From a virus (lineage: Duplodnaviria > Caudoviricetes), in the IMG/VR virus record IMGVR_UViG_3300005764_000033, positions 1 to 43,185 of that record: a DNA stretch of 43,185 nucleotides; one strand, written 5' to 3'. Shown in pieces: positions 15,633-25,000 of this stretch. The notes beneath the pieces are model-generated. The model was not told where the DNA came from, ran no database searches, and saw only the letters and a list, made by a program, of their open reading frames with translations. The translations under genes were made by a program, and so were the position numbers. Positions within the stretch are counted from its first letter, which is position 1. The number at the start of each line of letters is the position of its first letter.

Positions 15633-18620
15633 ATGGACGAGATCGGCACGTTCTTGGCCCGGGCGGTGCCGTGGCCAACCGAGAGCACGCCGGGATATGT
15701 CAACATCCACTACCCGTGGGTGCCGCCTGACCTGAAGCCGGGCGAGAAGCCACCCATGCCGGGCCGGGCATTCACCGATCTTGCTGCCGCCAAGCGCTAC
15801 GTCGATAGCCGGAAGCACCACAGCGACCTGTACTTGTGCATGAGCCTGCAGTCCGAGATCAAAGGGCAGGACAAACGGGGCTTGAGGGCCCGGCGGCGGC
15901 AGAAAAACGTAGTGCTGATCCAGAGTTTGTATATCGACGTCGATATCAAGGATGGGTTTTTCTACAGCACGCAGCATGCCGCCGAGGAGTGCGAGAGGTG
16001 GCGGGTGAGCGTCGGCTTGCCGGATTGGAGCATGCTCGTGCTGACCGGCAGCGGCGGGTTCCACGCCTACATCACATTTAATACACCCGTTTCACGTGAA
16101 ATATGGCAGCCGCTGGCCGACGCACTGGCCAATGCCGCCATGACATTTAAGCCGCTGCCGCTTGACGGCAAGGAAAGGCTGCTTGATCTCGGCGTAACCG
16201 TTGATCCGACGCGCATTTTGCGCATTCCCGGCACGCTAAATTTCAAGCACGCGCCGCCCAAGCCTGCCTCGCTGGCGCACGTCGGCGAGAGCTACGATGT
16301 GGCGGTGATCGAACGGGCGTTGGAGCGGTTCAAAGGGAAACGATCTTCCAACCGATCGACGGCGCGGCGCACGTTTAAAACATCATCCGTGTTCAAAGGC
16401 ATGGCCGAACCGCCGCCGCTCGACGAGGGCATCACGTCTCCGATCCCCGTGCTGGAAAATGTCATGGAGGTCTGTCCGTGGATCAGGCGAGTGGCCGAGA
16501 CCGGCGGCTCCGAGTGTAGCGAGCCCGAATGGCGCAACAGCTTGGTGATGGCGTGGTTCTGTCAGAACGGACGCGAGGTCGCGCATTATCTAAGCTCAGC
16601 CCATCCCGGCTACACGGTCGAAGCGACTGACCAGAAGTTCGATCGTGTTGCTGAAAGTCATATGGGCAATAAGAACTTGGGCTGGCCACAATGCCAGACG
16701 ATGTGGCTGCAGGCCAAGGAGTGCAAGACCTGTCCCCATCTAGCGGAAGAGAAGTCGCCTTTCAACTTCGTAACTCTTCAGTCGTCGCCGCCGCCAGCAC
16801 AAGACGACGTTCCCCGTACGGGGAACGGTGCCGAACAACCACTGTCGCTACCGCGTGGCTACACCTATGCCCCTGATGGGCACATTCTTCGACGCGACAG
16901 CCAAGGCAAGTCGCAGCGGGTAACCGATTATCTGATACGAAACATCCGCCCCTATGCTGAGCGCGACGACGGCAGTGGGAACTGGTCTGTTTCGTTCGAC
17001 GTCGACCTCGATGCGAAGCGATCGAAAACGATCTCTATTCCTTACGAAGCAGGCGGTAAAAAATTAACCGAGTACCTGCTGACGCAAGGGATGTGGCTCA
17101 ACGAACGTGGTGGCAGAAATGTGAGGGAACTCATGGCTTCATTCGTTGAACAACTGCACGCACGCAAGATCGCGTCAGCCGAATCAGAACCGTACGGCTG
17201 GTCAGTGATCGATGGCAAGCGCACTGGCGTGGTGTGCTTCGACCGGCGGTTCAATTGCAGCGGCGTGCAGAGCATTGCTTCCAGCGATATTGAAGTGTCG
17301 AAGAAATACCGGCCGACTGGCTCGCTCGACATCTGGAAATACAATGCCAAGCTGATCACTCAGCAGAAGCGGCCCGATCTCGACATCATCATTGCTGCTG
17401 CCTTCGGCGGCATTCTCGTGCCGATGACCGGCATCGACGGCGTGGTGTTGGCGGCGTTCTCACCCGAGAGCGGACTGGGCAAGAGCCATTGCATGCGCAT
17501 CGGTCAAGGCGTGTGGGCACAACCTGTAACAGCAATGGCAAGTGTGAGCGACACCGCCAACTTCGTCATTAAGAAGCTGGGTGTGCTGCGCAACATCCCG
17601 TTCTTTTTCGACGAGGTGAAGCTCGCGACCGACATGGACACGGTCGTCGGCATGATCTTCTCGATGACGCAGGGCAAGACCAAGGGACGACTGTCGGCCA
17701 ACCTTGAGACCCGCGAGGTGCTTGAGTTCAGCACGCTGCTTGCCGTTGCCTCCAACGACTCGCTGACCGACTACATCAACGAGCACATCAAGACATCGAC
17801 GGCGGGGCTCAACCGCATCTATGAAATCCCGGTGCAGCCCAACACCAGTAAGACGGGACTGATCTCCAAGACCGATGCGCAGAAATCGATGGGCCAATTG
17901 CGTGACAACTATGGCCATGCCGGACTGGTGTACTGCGAGTTCCTCGGCAAGAACATCGACGCTGTCGAGAACATGGTGACGGCCACCAGCACAGCATTGG
18001 AGGAGATGGTCAAGGCGACCAATGACGAGCGGTTCTGGCTCGCCACCATGGCCGTGTGCTACGTCGGGGCGCACCTTGCCAACCGGCTGAAGTTGGTCGA
18101 GATCGATGAGGCTGTGCTGCTGGAATATATGGTCCAGAACTTCTACCGGCTGCGCGCCTTGGCGGCAGGGTCTTACGTCGACATCACCAAGGCTCAGTCA
18201 TGCGAGCGCTACGTGCAGGACTACGTCAACGCCAATCATCGCCGGTTCCTGATCACCGACAAGGTGCCATCAGGGCCCGGGCGAGTGGCGGTCGGCAAGA
18301 TCAATGCGCTGGGTAACACGCTTGAGTTCAAGGATGGCGTGCGCGTACGCTATGCCTACGAGGACAAGCTGCTGCGCTGGTCGTCTTCCGACTTCCGCGA
18401 ATGGCTGCGCAAGGAGCGCCGGGTCGGGCCCAGCCAGATCGTCGAAGCGCTCAAGCGGACGATGGGTGTCACTATCGAGAAGATGAACCTCGGCGCGCCC
18501 TTGATACCCGGTTCGCGCGAAGAAGTGTTCCAGCTTGACACGGCTGATCGTCCCGGTTTCATCAACCTCAACGACATACTTGACGAAGGGGAGAGCGACG
18601 ATGTGGCATCTACTGCATGA
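15633..18620 (+). CDS. Primase-helicase: AEP (RepB-like) primase plus DUF927-type helicase
   Basis: YIDVD, TGSGGFHAY, DPTRILRIPGTLN primase motifs; Cys-rich linker (CPW...C...CKTCPH); Walker A ESGLGKS, Walker B FFFDE. Confidence 0.88.
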   Translation: MDEIGTFLARAVPWPTESTPGYVNIHYPWVPPDLKPGEKPPMPGRAFTDLAAAKRYVDSRKHHSDLYLCMSLQSEIKGQDKRGLRARRRQKNVVLIQSLYIDVDIKDGFFYSTQHAAEECERWRVSVGLPDWSMLVLTGSGGFHAYITFNTPVSREIWQPLADALANAAMTFKPLPLDGKERLLDLGVTVDPTRILRIPGTLNFKHAPPKPASLAHVGESYDVAVIERALERFKGKRSSNRSTARRTFKTSSVFKGMAEPPPLDEGITSPIPVLENVMEVCPWIRRVAETGGSECSEPEWRNSLVMAWFCQNGREVAHYLSSAHPGYTVEATDQKFDRVAESHMGNKNLGWPQCQTMWLQAKECKTCPHLAEEKSPFNFVTLQSSPPPAQDDVPRTGNGAEQPLSLPRGYTYAPDGHILRRDSQGKSQRVTDYLIRNIRPYAERDDGSGNWSVSFDVDLDAKRSKTISIPYEAGGKKLTEYLLTQGMWLNERGGRNVRELMASFVEQLHARKIASAESEPYGWSVIDGKRTGVVCFDRRFNCSGVQSIASSDIEVSKKYRPTGSLDIWKYNAKLITQQKRPDLDIIIAAAFGGILVPMTGIDGVVLAAFSPESGLGKSHCMRIGQGVWAQPVTAMASVSDTANFVIKKLGVLRNIPFFFDEVKLATDMDTVVGMIFSMTQGKTKGRLSANLETREVLEFSTLLAVASNDSLTDYINEHIKTSTAGLNRIYEIPVQPNTSKTGLISKTDAQKSMGQLRDNYGHAGLVYCEFLGKNIDAVENMVTATSTALEEMVKATNDERFWLATMAVCYVGAHLANRLKLVEIDEAVLLEYMVQNFYRLRALAAGSYVDITKAQSCERYVQDYVNANHRRFLITDKVPSGPGRVAVGKINALGNTLEFKDGVRVRYAYEDKLLRWSSSDFREWLRKERRVGPSQIVEALKRTMGVTIEKMNLGAPLIPGSREEVFQLDTADRPGFINLNDILDEGESDDVASTA

Positions 18621-18709
18621 GGCCAAAGGCTACACGATCAAGCATTCCGGCCGCGATGAAGAACTGCGCTGCAATTCGTTGCAAATGGCCATGGACTTGA
18701 TCGACATGC

Positions 18710-18985
18710 TCAACTCATCTTCGTCTTATGGTAACCCTTCATCCCAAAGACGATCTTCGACGCCCGGTTCACGTGAGGCGATTCAATCCGCCAGTTCATC
18801 TCCGAGTTCGATCCGCCTGCTTGGAGTGGGTGAATATGATCGACATCTTTACCGCGCAAGGCGGCCTCGCCGTACTTCTTCACCATCCAGTAGCGAGCCT
18901 TAGAGCGGGCGCGCTGCTTGGCGTTGTCGTGCTTGGCATACTCGCGATCGTACGCCGAGTAGTGATGGACCCAACCTTCGCTCAT
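18710..18985 (-). CDS. HNH endonuclease
   Basis: DVDHIHPLQAGGSNSEMNWRIESPHVNR; ATGA overlap with the endolysin stop gives start 18985. Confidence 0.85.
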   Translation of the reverse strand: MSEGWVHHYSAYDREYAKHDNAKQRARSKARYWMVKKYGEAALRGKDVDHIHPLQAGGSNSEMNWRIESPHVNRASKIVFGMKGYHKTKMS

Positions 18986-19560
18986 TTGATCAATCCGTTG
19001 TACGTGCCTTGCGGCGTGATGGTCAGCACCTGATGGCGCGGTGTCGTGCTGGGCGGGATAGCGATGCCGACATGCACCCATACGCCACTGGGTCGCTCGT
19101 AGATTAGCTGGTCGATCCTGAGCGGCTGAAGGTTCTTCTGCAGCAGCAGGCAGACATCGTAGGCGCTGCCGTAGCCTGCGATGGTGAAGTCGGCGGCGCA
19201 GCCATACATGTGCGCGCTGTTGGAGGCCCCGCCGATGGCGGCATTGAGTTGCGGGCTGCGATAGCCCGACGAGATGTTGACCGGGTTGTTGCCGCACAGC
19301 GTGCGGATGCCCTCCAAGGTGTGGCTGCACAGCGCCTTCAACTGGGCGGTCTGATCGGCTCCCGGCGTATTGTTGATGCCCTGTTGGATCGCCGTTGCCG
19401 AATAGGTCATCTCCTGCAAGGTGAAGTGCGGGCTGAGGTTTTCGGGCGGCAGCGGAGGCGGCACCGGGATGGTGACGATGCGGTCGAGGATCGCCTTGGC
19501 GATCTCGCCCTCGACGATCTGCTGCTCCAGAAATTTAACGATCTGACTCTGGTCTATCAT
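18982..19560 (-). CDS. Endolysin, peptidase M15 family
   Basis: LSPHFTLQEM, ISSGYRS..LN..IGG..NSAHMYGCAAD, DQLIYE, WVHV Zn-peptidase motifs. Confidence 0.9.
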   Translation of the reverse strand: MIDQSQIVKFLEQQIVEGEIAKAILDRIVTIPVPPPLPPENLSPHFTLQEMTYSATAIQQGINNTPGADQTAQLKALCSHTLEGIRTLCGNNPVNISSGYRSPQLNAAIGGASNSAHMYGCAADFTIAGYGSAYDVCLLLQKNLQPLRIDQLIYERPSGVWVHVGIAIPPSTTPRHQVLTITPQGTYNGLIK

Positions 19561-19783
19561 CGTTCTTCCTTCCGCGTACGAACCCGCCGATGAACATCAT
19601 GGTCGCTGCCATCGCCGCTGCCATCATCTCGGCAAGCCGTCCCGACTTATCGCATTCGAATGATCCCTGTGCCGGGTCGAACCAGATGATGCAGCCAACG
19701 TAGCCCAACAAGATGACCAGCCCATGCAGCGCAATCACCAAAGCGATCAGATAAAAACCCGCCTTGAACGGATCGAACTTCAT
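19535..19783 (-). CDS. Putative holin (2 TM)
   Basis: MKFDPFKAGFYLIALVIALHGLVILLGYVGCIIW... two hydrophobic helices and charged C-terminus; directly upstream of the endolysin. Confidence 0.55.
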   Translation of the reverse strand: MKFDPFKAGFYLIALVIALHGLVILLGYVGCIIWFDPAQGSFECDKSGRLAEMMAAAMAATMMFIGGFVRGRKNDDRPESDR

Positions 19784-19974
19784 TTGCCCGGCAGGCAGCG
19801 GTCGAGAATCATTCTGAGATGCTCGGCGTGCGTTGCCTCGGCGCTGATCAGGTACCAAGCGCCTGCGCCGACGAACAGCACATTAAGCAGCAGCACGCTG
19901 ATGATCAGCGGGTTGGTTCTCAGTGCCTGAAGCGCCGCCGTGATGGCGGTTGGGGCTGGAGGATCATCGGCCAC
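19780..19974 (-). CDS. Single-TM membrane protein (holin/antiholin/spanin candidate)
   Basis: LIISVLLLNVLFVGAGAWYLI TM helix; ATGA overlap in the lysis cassette. Confidence 0.6.
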   Translation of the reverse strand: MADDPPAPTAITAALQALRTNPLIISVLLLNVLFVGAGAWYLISAEATHAEHLRMILDRCLPGK

Positions 19975-20311
19975 GGGGAGTTTTCCCTTCGATCAGTTGG
20001 AGGATGTAGTCGCACGGCTCTTTCACCGAGACAAACTTGCCGTCTGCCATGGTGATGACGCAGCGTGCGCCGGTAACGACCATCTGGTTGGGACCTTTGT
20101 CCTGAGCTTCGCGTGTCGGGTACATCTTGGTGATGAATTGCGGATTGATATGCAGCTTGGCTCCATCGGGCGCTGTCACACTGATCATGAGGGTTGCGGC
20201 AAGGACAATGTTCTTGTTGCGCGTCAGCAGATCAGGCGGCGGCACCGTCACATCGTCAGCGCAAGCGGCCAATAGAAGGATGCTAACTGCGGCGCTCAGA
20301 ATTTCTTGCAA
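19964..20311 (-). CDS. Putative lipoprotein with FlbD/SwrD-like domain
   Basis: Lipobox LLAAC; MISVTAPDGAKLHINPQFI...VITMADGKFVSVKEP resembles the FlbD pattern (recollection). Confidence 0.55.
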   Translation of the reverse strand: MQEILSAAVSILLLAACADDVTVPPPDLLTRNKNIVLAATLMISVTAPDGAKLHINPQFITKMYPTREAQDKGPNQMVVTGARCVITMADGKFVSVKEPCDYILQLIEGKTPRGR

Positions 20312-20577
20312 CTGAGCACCTTACCTCCGGTGCTATAGCAGTGTTGCCCGACCTTGCCGCCTCTGTTGTAGGCCGTCGAGCCTTCGCGCGGACCGGGCGG
20401 CGCGATGAGTTCGTTCTGCTCTCGCAGGCGTCGATCGAGATCGCTGGTATCGGGGGTCGCTGCACGCCGCATGGCGGCCTCGCGGCCGACTCGCTCCCAG
20501 TATCCGGCCGACAACTGCCCAAGTTCTCTCCGAGTAGCAGGGTCGATGGTAGCTGGTGTCGATTTAGTCTCAGCCAT
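20296..20577 (-). CDS. Small late protein with two GG tags (YNRGGKV, YSTGGKV)
   Basis: TGATG coupling; AGGAG RBS; C-terminal motif shared with two neighbours. Confidence 0.75.
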   Translation of the reverse strand: MAETKSTPATIDPATRRELGQLSAGYWERVGREAAMRRAATPDTSDLDRRLREQNELIAPPGPREGSTAYNRGGKVGQHCYSTGGKVLSCKKF

Positions 20578-20858
20578 CACATGCTCCTGCTGCTGATGAC
20601 TTTGCCACCCTTGCACATGCCCGGGCAGGTGCTGGACCCAGCCTTCACCTTGCCGCCTTTGTTATACCAGAAGCCACCCGCCTTGCCGCCCCGCATGCCG
20701 AGGCCGCCGGGGCTGATCGGCACGGCAGCACTCGATCCTGATGGTGGTGGCGCAGGCGTGCTCGATGGCGTGTTGTAACTATCGAGCACGCTGCGATTGA
20801 TCTGGTTGACTTGATCCCAATCGATGCCTTCCGGCTCGACGCGTGGTCGCTTGGCCAT
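20577..20858 (-). CDS. Small late protein with GG tags (YNKGGKV, MCKGGKV)
   Basis: TGATG coupling; GAGGG RBS; shared C-terminal motif. Confidence 0.75.
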   Translation of the reverse strand: MAKRPRVEPEGIDWDQVNQINRSVLDSYNTPSSTPAPPPSGSSAAVPISPGGLGMRGGKAGGFWYNKGGKVKAGSSTCPGMCKGGKVISSRSM

Positions 20859-21220
20859 CACACATCCCTCTTGCTGATCACCTTGCCGCCCTTGCAGTAG
20901 TTGTAGCCGCTCACGCCTCCTTCGGTACTTAGATTAGCACTGCCGCCACCATAGCTGGTGCTGCCGGTGCTGATCTCGCCGCGTTTCTTAACGTGGCCGA
21001 TCACGCGTCCGCTCGTGTCGAGGACATCACCGGACGGGTCTTCGTTCTCTTCGCCGCCTCCGCCGCCGCCAACTAGGCCACCGGCCTGATACGATTTCTT
21101 GCGTGGCAACTTACCCTCCTTCTGCAACGCTGATGTTGCGATCGCCCACGTCGAACTCTCGCTGAGGTTCGGATTGCCGCGAGCGATGGCCTTGCGCCGG
21201 TCTTCTAATATTTTGGGCAT
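20858..21220 (-). CDS. Small late protein with GG tags (YQAGGLV, YCKGGKV)
   Basis: GGAGG RBS; shared C-terminal motif. Confidence 0.75.
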   Translation of the reverse strand: MPKILEDRRKAIARGNPNLSESSTWAIATSALQKEGKLPRKKSYQAGGLVGGGGGGEENEDPSGDVLDTSGRVIGHVKKRGEISTGSTSYGGGSANLSTEGGVSGYNYCKGGKVISKRDV

Positions 21221-21371
21221 TGATCCTCCATATCTCGCATTGATACACCGGGTTGATCACTCCCCAAACGCGTGCGCATCGATTGGTATCGGAGCGGAAA
21301 TGGAAGCAGTTGCTGCAGGTCTTGGTCTTGCGCCACAGCCACCGGTAGTCCACGTCCACCTTGTGCATCAT
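21111..21371 (-). CDS. HiPIP-like 4-Cys protein
   Basis: Y...CSNCFHF.....RCARVWGVINP..QCEIW = C-x2-C-x9-C-x12-C-x2-W; ATGA overlap start; 3' part overlaps the next gene by 110 nt. Confidence 0.55.
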   Translation of the reverse strand: MMHKVDVDYRWLWRKTKTCSNCFHFRSDTNRCARVWGVINPVYQCEIWRINAQNIRRPAQGHRSRQSEPQREFDVGDRNISVAEGG

Positions 21372-21628
21372 GCTGGTGCCGGTGGTGGCGCTAATGAGAA
21401 ACAGATCACCTTGTCGACATCGATCCACCACCTCACACCCTTGTCGTCGGTAAAATCGCAAACGTTGGCCTCGCGATGGTACGTCCAGTTGCCCAGCAAT
21501 GTCTGGCCATTGACCAGCAGTATCTGGCCATAGGTCTGACCGACCGGCAGTATCATCGACGTCGTTGCCGCTCCTGCTGCTTGCTCTCTCAGCAACAATT
21601 CAATGGCAGCGAGTTGTGCGTTCGTCAC
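21368..21628 (-). CDS. Small beta-rich hypothetical protein
   Basis: GGAG RBS, GTGA overlap with upstream stop. Confidence 0.65.
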   Translation of the reverse strand: MTNAQLAAIELLLREQAAGAATTSMILPVGQTYGQILLVNGQTLLGNWTYHREANVCDFTDDKGVRWWIDVDKVICFSLAPPPAPA

Positions 21629-21888
21629 CGCTTGTGCTCCATCGCCGCGTTGCGGAAGCCGCCCTCCACGTACGGCGGGATGCTGTCCTTCGCTGTCGCT
21701 TTGGTCGCGGCCCCTTGGTTGGCGTTGGTCTTGCCACCGGCATCGGACGTGCGCGGCCCGTTGCCGGTGCCGCCGATCAGGCCGGTGTACCGGTCGACGG
21801 CACCGGGGTCTTGCATCGGCTTGTCGCTGATCTCCTTCGACCCCTTGTGGATGTCGGGGTCGGCCTTGCCGAACCTCTGTCCAGCCAT
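21625..21888 (-). CDS. Small disordered late protein (YVEGG near C-terminus)
   Basis: GGAGG RBS, TGATG coupling. Confidence 0.7.
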   Translation of the reverse strand: MAGQRFGKADPDIHKGSKEISDKPMQDPGAVDRYTGLIGGTGNGPRTSDAGGKTNANQGAATKATAKDSIPPYVEGGFRNAAMEHKR

Positions 21889-22055
21889 CACTTCCTCCGT
21901 ATCTTGCCGCCGCGCCGCAGCCCTTGCGCCATCTCCTGCTGCTCGACGCCATACGGCTCGCCTTCACTCTTGGCTTCGCGAGCGATCTTGGCGGTCTGCG
22001 GCACCGGCGGTGCCTTCTTCTTTGCCATGAACGGTGGCAGCTTGCCCTTGGCCAT
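21888..22055 (-). CDS. 55-aa basic late protein ending in LRRGGKIRRK (absent from ORF track)
   Basis: GGAGG RBS; MAKGKLPPFMAKKKAPPVPQTAKIAREAKSEGEPYGVEQQEMAQGLRRGGKIRRK; TGATG coupling. Confidence 0.75.
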   Translation of the reverse strand: MAKGKLPPFMAKKKAPPVPQTAKIAREAKSEGEPYGVEQQEMAQGLRRGGKIRRK

Positions 22056-22057
22056 TG

Positions 22058-25000
22058 TCATCCTCCAATGTTGTAGACATCACGATCGGGTAGGAACGCA
22101 CGCGTACGCCGGTTGACCGGCATGCCCATGTACTCGCCGGGCTGGCCAGCCCGCACCTCGCGGCGGTGCCGGGCCGCTTCGAGTTGATGAACACCAATCT
22201 TAAGCTCAGACGGCAGGTCAGGATTGAACTCCTGCGTGACGTACTGGATGATCCGTCCGCGTTCGGCTGGACTATCGGCCATGGCGTAGGCCGTCAGCAG
22301 GCTGTTCTTCTGGTCGTTGTAGCGCTTCTGCTTGATCTGGAACTCCTGACGGAACTCACCCGCCTCCTGCTGGCGTGCCGACCGGATGCCCAGCGCGGCA
22401 AGGACCGTTTCGGCCGTCGTCGGATCGTAGCCCAGTGGCGCACCGCCCTTGGTCTCGGACTTGCGTCCGCCGATCGCTTGGCTGTAGGCGCGATAGATAT
22501 CACCCACTGCCTTGATCGGGATCGCCTTCTCGACGAACTCGCCATAGTCCCGGTCGGCAGCGGTGTCGAAGCCTTGGCTGGAGTTGATCGCGCCACGGAT
22601 GCCAGCCCGCACACCCTCGGCGATGTCGAACCCCATGCCGCCGGGCGAGCCCAGCGCGAACCGGCCTGCCGCCTCAAACCAACTGGCGGGTGTGTCGCCG
22701 ATGCTGCCGGGCGACAGGAACAGGCTGTCGTAGCCCATGCGCGTGCCGATGCCGAGACCGAGATTGCGCAACACGCCGCGCGTCAATGTCATGCCAAGCT
22801 CTGGCCCCAGCACGTCGGCAGCGCCGTTGCGGGCGGCAATCTCGACGTCGTCCCAGTTCCAATTGATGAGGCCAGCAAACTTGAGCGCGTTGACTGTCGC
22901 CCGCAATGGCTCGGTCGGCAGCCCCAGCATGCCGCTGACGGCGACCTGCGAGGCGGTCCAGTACATCAATTGCTTGAGCGCCACGGCGCGATCTTCAGGG
23001 CTGACATTCTCCTTGCGGCCGAACACCGTCGCAAACAGGCGGAGGTAGTTCGACGCGATGCGATGGCCATAGCGCTTGAACTGCAAGGCAGGCTTGAGCC
23101 ATGGATGGCGGAACATCTCAGCCGACGCGTGCGCGGCGTAGTTGCCGTTGACGTCATGCATCATGTCCTTGGCGTGCGCCAGCGCCGCCTCGTGGCTCAT
23201 GCCTCGCTGGATGGCGAGACGGTACGAGGCGATGGCGGTGACTGCCCGGTTGACGTTCTCGACTTGGTTGTTGACCTGCCGGAAGGCAGTGTCGGTATGG
23301 TCGGTAACCCGACCTAACCAAGTGGCACCGGGATTGAACATCTGCTCTAGTTCCATCCCGGCATTGCGATCGAAGTAGCCATGCTCGTCGACATAGTCGA
23401 ACAGCTTGTTGAGGGCGGCCTCGTCGTGCTGGCCTTTGATCGCGTCGCGCAGCAGCAGGAGGTTGTCGTGGGGATTGAACTCCTTGCCGGTCCACGCGCC
23501 CTTGATCACGTTCTTGAAGTCGGTGCCGCCGCGCCACCACAGCTTGCCCGCACCGACCGCCGCATAGGCGCGCATCAGTTCGCGGTTGGCGTTGATGAAG
23601 CCGTGCTTGCCCGCCAGTAACGGCATGCCCAGCACCCACGGCTCCGACGCGTTGAGCAGCAGGAAGCTCGGACTCATCAGCCGATCGATGTAGGAGACCT
23701 GCAGGGCGCGGGCGAGCCCCTTCTTCCACATCGGTGACGTTTCCGTCTCGGGCTGCTGGGTCAGCGTGCGGTGGATTTGCTGCTGTATCTGAGCGCGCAC
23801 CGTGCCGTAGCGGCCGGTCGGGTCGCCCGGCGACGCTCCCGCCTTGTGCTGCTCGACGTAGTCGTCCATGCGCTTGAGCGCAGCATGGACCTCGGCGGCA
23901 TGCTGGTTATGGGCCAAGGTGAACGCCGTGTTGCGGCCATACTCCACGAAGTTCTTGATCAGGTCCTTGTCGGCCCCCAGCGCGTAGCGGCGCGGCAGGT
24001 AGGTGGCGCGGGCCGACGTCGACATGACGTGGCGCAGCGTCGACTCGTCGAAGTCACGTTTCAGTTGCGCCTTCTCGACGTCGCTCAACATCTCCCAGCC
24101 GGGCGAGTTCTGCAGGCCACGCATCACGGCGGCCTGCGCCCGGCGCGCCTGCATGTCGGGGACGTAGGTCTTCTCGCGATCCCTCACCGGCTCGGTATGG
24201 GTCAACTCCATATCGTCAGGGTTATAGGCATTGCGCAGATCGGCATGGCGCTGCGCCGCCTTGAACTTGCTGGTGTGGAATTCGAGCAGCAGGGGATTGA
24301 ACTCGGCGCGGTATTTGACGATGACGCTGCCATCGTGCTTGACCTTAGGTGCACGCACCGCCTTGCCGTCCTCCATCTTGATGCCGCCAGTCGTCGGGTC
24401 CTTCTCATAGGCAACCTCCCGAACGCGCAGAAGCTTGAGGTCCTTGGTCTTGTCGTTGCCGGTCACGCGGTTGATGAACTGGTCGCGCGCCGCTTCGTTG
24501 TCGAACTCCCAGTCGCCCCGCACGACCTCGCGTGCGTTGGGATCGACCGCCCTTGCATACTGGCCCAGCTTGTAGATGCCCTCGACCACCCACTTGCCGC
24601 GCCGCATCATCGGGTACCAGACGCCGGGCAGCTTGCGGAACTGCGGCACGCTGCGCACCTCGTTGACCCACTTGGTGAACGGCGACTTCTCCTCGTCATA
24701 GCCCTTGATGTTCCTGAGCGCGGCCTCTTCGGCAGATGACAACGGCTCCTGCATGATGTGCTTCTTGAGCGCCTCGACCTGAGCCCGGTCGTTGCTGGGC
24801 ACGTATTGCTTGAGCTTGATCAACTTCTCGATCTGGGAATGCAGGCTTTCACTGTGCCGCTTGCGCGTGAAGTCGAGCAGTTCGTTGCGCATCGCCTTCT
24901 GGTCGGGCGACAGGGCGTTCCACAGGCGCTGTAGCTCGGCATGCTGCGCACGCATCTGTGAATGGCCGACCGATGTCGGGCTGACCCATTTGTTCTCCGG

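Noticed and set aside
20296-22080. Ubiquitin-like conjugation or RiPP cluster suggested by the GG motifs
   Set aside because: No E1/ThiF, E2, JAB, C39 transporter, radical SAM or YcaO gene and no beta-grasp-like protein seen in the window; kept only as a tag hypothesis
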